Source: Oopsacas minuta (taxonomy: Eukaryota > Animalia > Porifera). From it: 64,000 bases of DNA. The position numbers and the translations under genes were made by a program. The notes under the pieces are model-generated. The model was not told the DNA's origin and ran no database searches. It saw nothing but the letters and a program-made list of their open reading frames with translations. Positions 1 to 12,713 of the stretch are shown here, one piece after another (the stretch's first letter is position 1; each line of letters starts with the position of its first letter). The DNA lies in NCBI GenBank assembly GCA_024704765.1, contig JAKMXF010000320.1, positions 1 through 64,000 of the forward strand, in the 5' to 3' direction.

Positions 1-3
1 ACA

Positions 4-3000
4 ATGACTACACTATCTAGCATACTAAACCTGGTGAATGTTGGAAAAGAGAAACAGTCTGAGAGGGCATCATCCTCCAGTGGATCTGTTGTGTGGATGA
101 AAGAATGTGCTTACGAGAGAGTGGTGGTGTATCAAGATAGAGCAGAGGTCATCAGAAGAGTAGAAGTGACAGTGAGGGAAGGAGAGAACGAGATTACTCT
201 AGTGGGACTGCCTCAAGTCACAGATAAAGACTCCATCAGGGTGGAGGTGGAAGGTACACAGGTGACCATCTCAGACGTGGTCTATCTGGATCACTTGGAG
301 GTGGAAATGAAGGAGACAGGACAGGAAGAAAGAGGAGGATAGGAAAGGAGTTGGAATGACAGGAGAAACAGAAGATCTGAGAGCTACTGTGAAGGGATTG
401 AAGGGGAGAGGAGAGATTGTTACAGAAGAGATTAGAAGTGATAAAGAGAACACAGAGTATATTGGAGAGGTTCGGATGTATGATGGATAAAGGACGCACC
501 AGTGAATTGAAGCAGAAAGGAGAGCAACCAGTAAGAACTCTTTACAACAATCAAATACCGTAGCAACAATTATCATCATTCAATTAATTCTCCATTTCAG
601 GTACCTCAGTTGAATGAACTGATGGAGAAAGACAGACTCAATGCTATTCTCAAGTTTACAGACTCTTATCTAAACAGACTAAACGTATACAGGACACATA
701 CAGCAGAACTGAAGAAACAGCTCTCTACACTCAGAGAGAAACTCACAGTGCTAGAACTCAATCTGAGGAAGCGAGGGGAAACAGCTGCTACCAAATCAGC
801 CAAATCTACTACTACATTCCAGAAGGCAGTTAAGATCACCTTTGAAGGAGTCAGTGGTATTCCTGACAAAACAGCACGATTGTATGTTTCCTATCTGGTC
901 TCTAATGCTTCCTGGGAACCTCTCTATCATGTCAGAGTGTCGGTTCCTGAGTTCAAAAGAGAAGACGCTAAACCTCTCATTCAGGTTTGTTGTAGAAAGT
1001 ACATGGTTCTCCATCGTTAGCTTCATATTAGAAACTCTCACAAAGACGATAACTTAGGGGCATTGCTTGTTCATACTCATAGCGACGAGTATGAACAAAC
1101 AAATACTAAACCTTCTCTGATTAAGATAACGCCCCCCCCTGTAATTAATCTATATTAGTTAAAATTTTAGAGCGAATATAACTAAGTTCATGAAAACAAC
1201 AAAAAAATGGTAAAGCGAAGTTTGAATGAGAAAAAGAAGTCATTATCGTACCTATGATTTATGGAAGGGCTCACTTAGATGTGTTTCAGTTTCGAAAAAT
1301 GTATTTAATAGATAAATCCGCTAATTTGGGACAAACTGTCAGGAACAAACGCGTCCCAATAAGGCGCAGTCAACATTACTTGATTGCTAGTGGAGTTCCT
1401 ATAGGAAGAACATGCTCTCAACATATGCGTATAGGGGTAATCAAGTACGCTGAATCCGAAATTCGCATTGTTTTTCAATTTTCTCATATATATTTTATTG
1501 GTTGTTTTATAATATGAATAAAGCATACAAATAAATGAAATCTTGAAATAATCATAGACTTGCTCTCAACGGGTATATAGAGGTAACAAAGTACCCTGAA
1601 TCCGGTGTCCTAAGGGAAAATTAAGTCGCTCAAATGGTGATTTGAGTTTTTTGTGATTAATCTTCATACCTTTAAACGTAAAATTGAAAAGGATGCTAGA
1701 GGATAGGTTCGATATGTTGGGAGTAAATGGATATGTAGAGTCCGATCCTGAGATTTCAGAGCATGAAAGTTACAACACAGACATATCACATGAAGACATG
1801 ATTCATCACACTTTCACAACTTGAATATGATAAAGTACTAAACCAGCCCCAGCGTCATAATAACAGTTTTGTGATAAATTAGTTGAATTAATGAAAATCT
1901 CGATTTGTAATGCGAAGAGCCAAATGCTCGTATAATATTTACGAATTCGTATTTATCCTCATATTTTATCACCTCCAATCCTCGACAAAGTCGACTATGG
2001 CATGCAAATTTATAGGCTGATCATGATTCCAAAACTGTTTATATTCAAAACATAAACAATTCGTTTACAAATCAGAAATGCTAAATGCAGTCGAACCTCC
2101 AGAAAGTTAACCTCTAAGTGGGATAAAATTTAGAGATTTGCAAATGTCTAACGTGAAAGTTAGATAATGGGTAACAATTCCGATTCTGCATTATAATAAT
2201 TAAATACATATGCAGTTGTGCTAAAGTAATTATAACATGACTCACTAAGTTATCTGCAATGGAATTTATAATCAATTATAGTACAAATGCATTTCTGTAG
2301 GAATAACTATAACTCTATAAAGAAATTCAATAATGTTTTGAAACACCAACTGGGCTGAGGTTCAACAAATTATATTTTCACTGCAGGCCAAATAATTGTC
2401 GGAACACAAACCTTCAAGTTGTATTTTCAATTTAGATTCATTATTTTGGATTAATCAAACAGTCAAGTGGAGAAAACTGGATTTCAACAAAGATTTCATT
2501 CTCAACTGCTACTCCAAGCAAAGGAGGAGCTCCTCCACTAATCCAGCCCAATAACTTACGTGTGTACCGTCCTCCACCCCCACCTAGTAAACGTGGATAT
2601 ATGGAAGATACAATGCTAAAAAGTGCGGTAATGTATAAACAGAGTGTGAACTTATCAATTGGTCTTGGTGGTAAGAAGAAAAGGAAAGATATTTACTATG
2701 GAGACTCATATTCAACTCCAATGCAGGAAGTTGAGGAACAGAAAGTGAGTCTACATTCTAATCAGTTCATTCAGAGATTTGATACATCGAGACCAGCCAC
2801 TATTCCTTCTGATGGTACAGAGCACAAGGTAACAACACAACTTAACAAACAAACACAAACAATTTAACACATTCCATTAGGTAGCAGTTACAGTCATCGA
2901 CTTAGAACCGGTTCTAGAACACGTGTGTGTCCCTGAGATGAGTGAGCACTGTTATCTCACTGCTCGTGTCAAAAACGACACCAACTACCCTCTACTGGCT

Positions 3001-3602
3001 GGAGCTAGTTCAATCTTTCTGAATAACAACTTTATAGCTAAATCCAAAGTGGAGAACGTAGCTCCCTCTGAGGAGCTTGTGGTATCGTTAGGAGCAGATC
3101 CTCAGGTCAGTTTTTGTACTAGACTATTCAATAATACAAACTGACCGATAATATAGCGTATATCGTACATATAGAATTCCCAAAAATAAATGTCCGGTTA
3201 GGCTCCTAAGACGCCAGGATATTTTCGGGTGCTTGAATGGGTTATGACTCTTATACTCTACAGGTTCGCATTAAATACAAGCCATCAGAAGCTGTGACTA
3301 ACATGCAGGAAGGATGGATCAGTTCATCTAAACAACTCACTTACAATACACTCACAACAATCAAGAATGTCAAGAGAGATCCGATCACATTCATTCTGAG
3401 AATATCTCTACCAATCAGTGAGGAGAAGAATATTACAGTCGATCTCAAGCAGCCCAATTGTAAACAGACGGGTAAACCTGTTCGAGTAGAGTCAGGCATA
3501 GCAGAGATAACTCCCAAGAATTACATACAGTGGAAGATTGGAATCAAACCAGGCACTCAACACCGTGTCTCTATGCTATATGAAATAACTTCTCCAAGCT
3601 AG
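4..3602 (+). pseudogene. DUF4140/DUF4139 (F37C4.5/MuiA-family) gene, copy A, frameshifted in exon 1. Exons 4-530, 601-984, 2436-2828, 2881-3105, 3264-3602
   Basis: DUF4140 motif VVVYQDRAEVIR and DUF4139 motifs QSSGENW..TKISFSTATPSKGG and YPLLAGASSIFLNNNF. All introns are GT-AG and in frame. Relative to copy B, exon 1 has a 14-nt deletion (~330) and a 1-nt insertion (~405), giving a stop at 340-342. Confidence 0.8.
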
Positions 3603-4382
3603 CGTTAAAAGTATGAGTATACTGTGTGTGCTAATTAGTCTACATATACGTATGTGTGAAATAAACATAAATAATCATTACCAAATGTGAGGTGGGACAT
3701 GGAGATTGACTGTTAGTTGATTTGACACATAACAAGGCTGTAACTATTTGCTCTAGTGCATAACAAATTTGGAAGGACATGGCAAATGGAAGAGTCGTGG
3801 GATTTATCCCGGTTCTCAGAACCATAAACCTAAATAATTTTATACCAGTAACCTAAGTTTATATGAGTCGTGTATGATTTTTTGGGTGATATTGTATTGA
3901 ATCTTATCGGGTTGTTTTTGGCTTGTGTATTATTTGGTCCCTCAAACATCCGAATATCTCATATTAAATGTGTTTCGCAGTCACTCACTAGTAGAGTTAT
4001 TTCACTTTTTTGCCTACTCAATCTGCATTAGTCATTCTGCAATGATTGTTATTGTGGTTTGCTAAGAACAAATATATTAATAGACTAATTAACTAATTAC
4101 GAGTGAGTATATTAATTGACTTTGTATATGCACAATCGGGTTATTTTTCTAATTCCATGATTCGCACTATTAGCTATTTCGCGTTAATCAAGGGGGGCAG
4201 CAATGCAACCTGGTTTTTACTAACAAAATGTCTTATAAACTTTCTATTGACAAATAAGGTGATCACCACCAGCCATTAACGAACACTTTTTGGAACGCTG
4301 CATGGTATAGTATAAATGATAGGCACACTGTTAATGTAAAAAATAAACCTTGGTATCCAATTGATAGATATTTAGAAGGACA

Positions 4383-7300
4383 ATGACTACACTATCTAGC
4401 ATACTAAACCTGGTGAATGTTGGAAAAGAGAAACAGTCTGAGAGGGCATCATCCTCCAGTGGATCTGTTGTGTGGATGAAAGAATGTGCTTACGAGAGAG
4501 TGGTGGTGTATCAAGACAGAGCAGAGGTCATCAGAAGAGTAGAAGTGACAGTGAGGGAAGGAGAGAACGAGATTACTCTAGTGGGACTGCCTCAAGTCAC
4601 AGATAAAGACTCCATCAGGGTGGAGGTGGAGGGTACACAGGTAACCATCTCAGACGTGGTCTATCTGGATCACTTGGAGGTGGAAATGAAGGAGACAGGA
4701 CAGGAAGAAGGAGAAGAGGATAGGAAAGAGGATAGGAAAGGAGTTGGAATGACAGGAGAAACAGAAGATCTGAGAGCTACTGTGAAGGGATTGAAGGGAG
4801 AGGAGAGATTGTTACAGAAGAGATTAGAAGTGATAAAGAGAACACAGAGTATATTGGAGAGGTTCGGATGTATGATGGATAAAGGACGCACCAGTGAATT
4901 GAAGGAGAAAGGAGAGCAACCAGTAAGAACTCTTTACAACAATCAAATACCGTAGCAACAATTATCATCATTCAATTAATTCTCCATTTCAGGTACCTCA
5001 GTTGAATGAACTGATGGAGAAAGACAGACTCAATGCTATTCTCAAGTTTACAGACTCTTATCTAAACAGACTAAACGTATACAGGACACATACAGCAGAA
5101 CTGAAGAAACAGCGCTCTACACTCAGAGAGAAACTCACAGTGCTGGAACTCAATCTGTGGAAGCGAGGGGAAACAGCTGCTACCAAATCAGCCAAATCTA
5201 CTACTACATTCCAGAAGGCAGTTAAGATCACCTTTGAAGGAGTCAGTAGTATTCCTGACAAAACAGCACGATTGTATGTTTCCTATCTGGTCTCTAATGC
5301 TTCCTGGGAACCTCTCTATCATGTCAGAGTGTCGGTTCCTGAGTTCAAAAGAGAAGACGCTAAACCGCTCATTCAGGTTATTATTTGTTAATAATTCACT
5401 GACTCGTACTGTAGCTACTTTGTACATAATAGTGAACCGGACAGGGTTGATACTCTATATATCAAAACTTGACCAAATCAGCCATTTTGAGTAGTTACAT
5501 ACCCTACAATTTCAATAATGTGGAACATATTCAAATTTAGAAGAAGTATATACTCGAGCTGCACATCTAAACCCCAAAATGTACCATTGCACCAATTTTC
5601 ATGTCAATCGGACCACGAGAAGTCTCAACACTGAGCGGACATAGGTACAGACAAAGTATATTGTTAAGGCCAATAGTGTATCTCCCTATAGGAGTCGCAC
5701 TAAAATATGTTTTCTGTATAAGATGGGCAAAAGTTCTGGTAGTGTTGGTAGGGGCCAATATTCAATTATCTGTTGAGGAATGTAAGTATTTTCTATTAAT
5801 ATGATAGTAATTAACCAGAATGGCCTTACCATTCTAATGAGATGATCAATTGATCATTTGTATCAGATAATTTAGTGTAATTGGTTTGAAATTATACAGA
5901 GCTACACTCCAAAGCTGTCACTACTAGAGTAGTCGTTGGAGGGTTTTACCCTGATTAGATTGTTATATAAAAATATTCTTGGCTGTAGAATTTTATGCTC
6001 TATAACATATACAAAATACTCAAAATCCGCTTTGGGGAAAATTTTCAATGAATTTTGTATAGTCATCAGAGCGAGCAGATAGCACTAGAGAGGTTGTAAA
6101 AATGAAATAACTTCTCTGATTGACATTATTACACAAATATAACTTGTTAATGGGTATAATCGGAATTCTATAAACTGGAAACTCACTGTGTCAGATAAAC
6201 TACAAGGACGCGACTAACCATAACTTATGCTTTACTTAACAATTTCGTACTTTTTATGTCTAAATGCAAGTAAATCTTTTTTGATAACTAACTATATATA
6301 TATATATGCGGGAATTTCGTCATAAGTAATTCATAACGGCTCAATTTGCTTTCTAACATGGATGACATGGATTTCGTATAGATAACAGTATTAAATTAAT
6401 AAAATTGTTGAGGTGCCTTGCACTGTGCAGGTTATTCACTTTAAAGGTATTACCAACATTTATTGATATGATATCCAAGCATGAGTATGACTTCCCAAAT
6501 TTATGATTCGTCATCATTTGATTGCTCAATATTCTTTATGACGATTTGACCCCATTTGAGCCGTTTTGACCATGTTTGGTAAAGGATGGCTCTTCCAACC
6601 TTCATGTTATTATAATGACATGTAAGTGTCTCCAAAATAAGGTGAAATATTGACACATTCCTCCGTTGCTATGCAAATTATTTAGACAGATCTAGCCATA
6701 ACTGAAAAATATAGATGATACTGCGGTACATTTGATACTAATGTAACCGCAATAGGCGACTACCTATTCATGAATAACACAGCTTTGACTACAAAGTTCT
6801 AAACTCTAACGGCTAATAAGTTATGAAGAAACCTACCATATATGGTCAATCCCGAAACATGACGTAATAACTTATTAAACGTTAGAGTTAGGAATCAAAA
6901 ACTGTATTATTCATGAATAGGAAGAAGCTAGAAGTCACCCATTGCGGTTACATTAGCATCCAATCTAGAGCACTATCATCAATATTTTTCAGTTATGGCT
7001 AGATCTGTTTAAATAAATTTGCATAGCAACGAAGGAATGTGTCAAAATTTAATCAATATTTCACCTTATTTTTGGAAACGCTTACATGTCATTATAATCA
7101 CATGCAAGGTTGGAATATCCATCCTTTATAAACAAGGTCGAAACGAGCTCGAAATGGGGTTAAATCGTCATAAAAGGCTATTAAGCAATCAAATGATGAC
7201 GAACCATAAATTTGAGAAGTCATACTCATGCTTGGATATCATAATAACAAATGTTGGTAATACATTTATAGTGAATAACTTGCACAGTTACTGTGCTAGT

Positions 7301-10300
7301 CACCTCAATAATTTAATACTGTCATCTATGCGAAATCCATGTCATCCATGGTTAAAAGGCAAAATTAGCCCGTTATGAGTTAGTTATGACGAGATTCCAC
7401 ACATAAATACAGTTATCAAAAGATTTACTTGTATTTACAGTTTACACATAAAAAGTCCGGAAATTTTTCAAGTAAAGAAATTATGGTAAATCAATGTTCA
7501 GCCTATGCATGGCTTAGTCGCCATACATAGGCTTGTATTCTAGTAGTCTTTGTTGTGTTAGACTATCACTTCTGCCTATCTGACACAATAAACAAAGTTT
7601 CCAGTTGATAGAATTCCAATTATACCCATTCACACAAATTATATTTTTGCAATAATTACTCAGAATGTATAGTTACTAGACTATTCAAACTGAAATTTTT
7701 CTGATTAACAAAACATAAATACCCGCCTCAAATAGCTGGATCTACATCAAATAATATTATACATTTATAGCGAATCTTTCTCTCAAAATAAATGATAATA
7801 TCATGTGTGTTGGCAAGAAATTTGTGAGAAATAGCAAGGGAATTAACAGGCCGCGGGGGCCGATACCATAAAATCGAGGGTTTAAATTATTTAGATTATT
7901 TAGAACTAAGTTGTATAATCCGCGTAGAACATATAATACGTTATAAGTAAACCTCGAAATATACGATTTTGACATTGTTAGAGTTATATAAGTCAAATTA
8001 TAATCAAGTATTGTATTATTTGGTCAGCTGAGATTTCTCATTAACAATTCGAGAATTACTGTTTTTATGCAAATTATTTATTGCAGAAATTAGCCTAATA
8101 GAAGTTACGTCACTAAAAAATTGTAGATTGAACCATAGACTACTATATTATACAGATAGGAAAGTAGCCGAGCAACGAATAAATAAGAGAGGCCATTTAT
8201 ATAAATCTAATAAAACTTAAATCAACCCTTCAAAACATGTGAATTGAATTTTTTAGGGTTAGAAAATGTGAAGAAACAGTTAAGGCTATCTAAAAAGTTC
8301 AAACGGCCATCCTTCATCTGTTTTAAAATAGCTTATTTGAAGAAAAATTTCTGAATTATACCATGGACATGAAAATAATATATTTATCAAAAATAGATTT
8401 ATGAATTTTCAAAATAGTATACGAAGATGTGATCCGAATTCTATTCTAAAGAAAACGTGCTGATTATTTATACCATATGAATAAATAGAGGACATTAATT
8501 CATGGAAATACAAGAATTTCAAAAAAGTAATAATAAATTCTATTTTCGATGAGGATTTGTGTGAATTTTGGTGTTGTGATTTGAATGCGCCTAAACAAGA
8601 TAAGGGATGGCCGTTTGAACTTTTTAGATAGCCTTAACTGTTTCTTCACATTTTCTAACCCTAAAAAATTCAATTCACATGTTTTGAAGGGTTGATTTAA
8701 GTTTTATTAGATTTATATAAATGGCCTCTCTTATTTATTCGTTACTCGGTTACTTTCCTATCCGTATAATATAGTAGTCTATGATTGAACGTATAAGACG
8801 TATTATACGTAATACATCTTCATTGAAAGACGTATTAAACAACTTAGAAAAAATGACGCCTCAATTAGAACGAATACGGTATATACCCGACTTCTCATCA
8901 TAATACATTTTGATATCATAACTCTTACCAGTGTGACGTAATCGTGAATATACCCATAAATGGTCATTTTTAGATTACGCAATATGCTTAAGATATATCA
9001 TATCAAACTGTATTACAAGGGTATGGGAAGTCGGGTATATACTATGAATAGGCAACACTGATTTGAAAATTACTTTCACGATTATTGAGTTATAATTGAA
9101 AATTCATAAAATGTGTTGTCCATGGCTCTACTGTAACTCAAGAAAGAGCCAACTTTAACAAGACAATTTTATTATATTTGTTAGAATATTCTATTTAGAT
9201 CATTTCATACATTAACTCGGAAATGAAAGATGCAATATTTAACGTTATACGGGCCATTATTACAAGCTATCAAACATTAGTTAACAAATAAATGCTTACT
9301 AGACAAATATTTTGGCACATTCCTGAAATTTATTAGTATATAATGGTTGATAAATTGTTCTTCTACAAATGTGCAATATATTTATCCAGGTAAAAATGCG
9401 CCGATTCTGCAATACAGAAACCCCCATATAAATACCTCGGCCGACCACAACATCCCTAGTCCAAAATTCACAAGTTACTATGAGGTCTTATGTATACTAG
9501 GCTATGAGGTAAGGAAATCTTACTGAAGGAGTTGTTTCATATGAATTTCCATTGCATAACAAGACATTTCTTATATTTTGACATACCGTCTTTCTGAAAA
9601 CCGCCCAGGCGCTTGTTCTTTAGTGGGCTATTTTTCGTCCAAATCTTTTTAAATTTTCGAATATACAAAAGAATTTGGTAAGCTAATTATCCTAATTTGT
9701 AACATGGTCAAATATTCTTCTAGAATCTAGATGGTGGTGATAAAATTTTATCTACAATTTTGGAGCTATTTTCTAGCCACGGACTTATTCAGGGAAATAC
9801 GGTTTATCAACAAAATGTAGAAATGTGTGAAAACCACACAACTCGCATTTCACAAATATTTAGGTAAGACAATATGGAAAATCGACTCCCAACATATGAC
9901 TTCTATTCAACAATAATACATTAATAACACGCCGATCATAATTGTAAAAAAAATTTCTATAGTAATTTTATTGATTTAGATGCTGAACTATAATCGTAAT
10001 TGTAATTGTAATCGCTTGAAATAATTGATCATAATCGTAATCACCTTAAAGTAATCGGCCCAAACCCTAATTAGCACCTTTTCATGGACATAGAGTGCAG
10101 TTTTATGGTGAGTAGTGTAGATAATAGCAAAATTCGCGGAATAGCAATGAATATTCTTGCAAAATAGGATTTGCTATGAGGCGGTTCCCTATACGCGATA
10201 TTCAGAAATCAAATACGAATACAAATACACATATTTGGACTCAACCTGGCCAATAAACACAACAGTACACCATTAATTTGTCGTTATCTCTCAAATCTCA

Positions 10301-11464
10301 ATACAGATACATTATTTTGGTTTGATAACACAATCAAGTGGAGAAGATTGGGTAGGAACTAAAATCTCACTTTCAACAGCAACTCCAAGCAAAGGAGGAA
10401 ATCCACCTACATTGGAAGCTAATAACTTAAAGCGTAAACGACAGTACTACGGAATGAAGGCAAAACAAATGATCATGAGCATAGGAGCACAGAGTGAAGT
10501 GGTACAGACAATTCCAACTATAGGTTTTTCTGATGAATTGATGGACAAATTAGGTTATGATATAAGAGGTGGTAGTGGAGCGATGCAGGAAGTCGAGGAA
10601 CAGAAAGTGAGTCTACATTCTAATCAGTTCATTCAGAGATTTGATACATCGAGACCAGCCACTATTCCTTCTGATGGTACAGAGCACAAGGTAACAACAC
10701 AACTTAACAAACAAACACAAACAATTTAACACATTCCATTAGGTGGCAGTTACAGTCATCGACTTAGAACCGGTTCTAGAACACGTGTGTGTCCCTGAGA
10801 TGAGTGAGCACTGTTATCTCACTGCTCGTGTCAAAAACGACACCAACTACCCTCTACTGGCTGGAGCTAGTTCAATCTTTCTGAATAACAACTTTATAGC
10901 TAAATCCAAAGTGGAGAACGTAGCTCCCTCTGAGGAGCTTGTGGTATCGTTAGGAGCAGATCCTCAGGTCAGTTTTTGTACTAGACTATTCAATAATACA
11001 AACTGACCGATAATATAGCGTATATCGTACATATAGAATTCCCAAAAATAAATGTCCGGTTAGGCTCCTAAGACGCCAGGATATTTTCGGGTGCTTGAAT
11101 GGGTTATGACTCTTATACTCTACAGGTTCGCATTAAATACAAGCCATCAGAAGCTGTGACTAACATGCAGGAAGGATGGATCAGTTCATCTAAACAACTC
11201 ACTTACAATACACTCACAACAATCAAGAATGTCAAGAGAGATCCGATTACATTCATTCTGAGAATATCTCTACCAATCAGTGAGGAGAAGAATATTATAG
11301 TCAATCTCAAGCAGCCCAACTGTAAACAGACGGGTAAACCTGTTCGAGTAGAGTCAGGCATAGCAGAGATAACTCCCAAGAATTACATACAGTGGAAGAT
11401 TGGAATCAAACCAGGCACTCAACACCATGTCTCCATGGTATATGAGATAACTTCTCCAAGCTAG
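4383..11464 (+). CDS. DUF4140/DUF4139 family protein, copy B, intact, ~623 aa. Exons 4383-4922, 4993-5376, 10307-10690, 10743-10967, 11126-11464
   Basis: Exons join in frame through GT-AG introns. Motifs VVVYQDRAEV, a coiled coil, QSSGEDW..TKISLSTATPSKGG and IPSDGTEHKV. Confidence 0.85.
6305..7405. mobile_element. ~1.1 kb foldback element with two diverged ~520 bp inverted arms
   Basis: Left end tatgcgggaatttcgtcataa pairs with right end ttatgacgagattccacacata. The arms can be followed to a ~40-nt loop near 6825-6865. The left flank is a (TA)n run. Confidence 0.8.
8134..8783. mobile_element. 650-bp MITE with ~190-bp near-perfect TIRs and a 7-bp TSD (superfamily uncertain, possibly P-like)
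   Basis: Ends are CATAGACTACTATATTATA and TATAATATAGTAGTCTATG. The direct repeat ATTGAAC lies at 8127-8133 and 8784-8790. Confidence 0.85.
8879..9042. mobile_element. Small inverted-repeat element (MITE-like)
   Basis: 15-bp terminal IR gtatatacccgactt / aagtcgggtatatac, with further internal pairing. Confidence 0.55.
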
Positions 11465-12713
11465 AAAGTGTTTAGAAAAAAGCTCAGCAACCTAAAGTTT
11501 TTGTGCATGATTTTCATTCAAACGTTGAGTATAGCTGGTGTTCTGTAGTCCCCACAAGAATATATATATATAAGCTATTTATATAGAAACAAATTTAGTT
11601 CGTGAAACTTGTCCAAATTTCGTCAGACTTTATCACTAATTTTTGAAATGATGTGGTGATGACTTAGGCAGCCGACAGAGGTGTAATCTTTGGGGGACAA
11701 GGGGCCATACGTCCCCCAGAATGTTTACCTAGTAGGGATGCCCCCACCCCAGAATTAGTGGACGAATCCCTCAAATTCTCGTTACTTGATTGCTGTGTAA
11801 TATTATAATTTGACTTTAATTGCTTCATCAACTAAAGAAACGGTTTGTTATGCATATGTTCGGAATTGATTGAATTAACTGGAAGGCCCCATGGAGCTGA
11901 TTTGGAATACAATGGTTTTTGGCTTGGCTCAGCCAATTTACATGGAAGATAGTTCTCATGTAAATCACACGTATCGATACACCACAATATGATCCATTTC
12001 CTGACGTCATAATTTTCACCCAATGCATACTCATCATGGAATTATTACGCCATCATGACTGTACATAATATTGAAAATTTCCAAAATTCTAAGAATTTGT
12101 TAATAATCGAGGCACAAAGTGGCGAGATCAATAATCAAAAGCTACGTAGTAGCTACAGTATCACATAGAAACCATTAAAAGGAATTTGGATGGAACATGA
12201 AAAATAATTCATAAAATTCTAGAAAATATTGGCAGAAAGACCAGAAAAAGGCGATTTTTCCGAACAAATACTCAATAAATAACCCCATCAAAGTGAACTA
12301 TAACATCCCTGGAGGGGTATTCGGCTCTCTAGGGCCCAATTGTAGCAATAAAGGCCTGCAGCCTCAAAGGGGGCCCGCGTTGGAATCCCGCATTGATTAT
12401 ATGGCCGTAAGCCACTGAATATTAAAGGTATTAATTACATATATAGAGTCAGAAAATGTTGTAATGATACTTAGGCTAAAGTTCCATTACTACAATTTAT
12501 CCAAAATCAATGATCATTGAGAAATACATATCTACTCAAAGAACTCAACAATTTGGATATTACATTAACAGCTTTAACATTCACTAAGATATAAAATTTG
12601 GACTCTACTTAAGGGAAACCATAAAATGTTACATGTACATTTATGGCACAGTGTATTTTTTGATAGTTCAAACAACTAATATACTACGCTACGCTATTTC
12701 TCAGACAATAAAT

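Noticed and set aside
236-579. Minus-strand ORFs over DUF4139 exon 1 (also at 4670-4971)
   Set aside because: They are antisense shadows of purine-rich coding sequence.
5560-5715. Repeat shared with ~23030-23150, ending in the hairpin CTCCCTATAGGAG
   Set aside because: It is probably a dispersed non-autonomous element, but the termini could not be defined well enough to call.
7019-7378. 119-aa ORF
   Set aside because: It sits within the right arm of the foldback element and has no motifs.
11828-12037. Minus-strand ORFs as a possible fourth ankyrin exon
   Set aside because: Neither frame contains ankyrin motifs.
12310-12420. GC-rich stretch with a B-box-like GTTGGAATCCCG, a possible tRNA or SINE
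   Set aside because: No cloverleaf could be folded, and the GGGGGCCC...GCCACTG ending resembles a MITE terminus.
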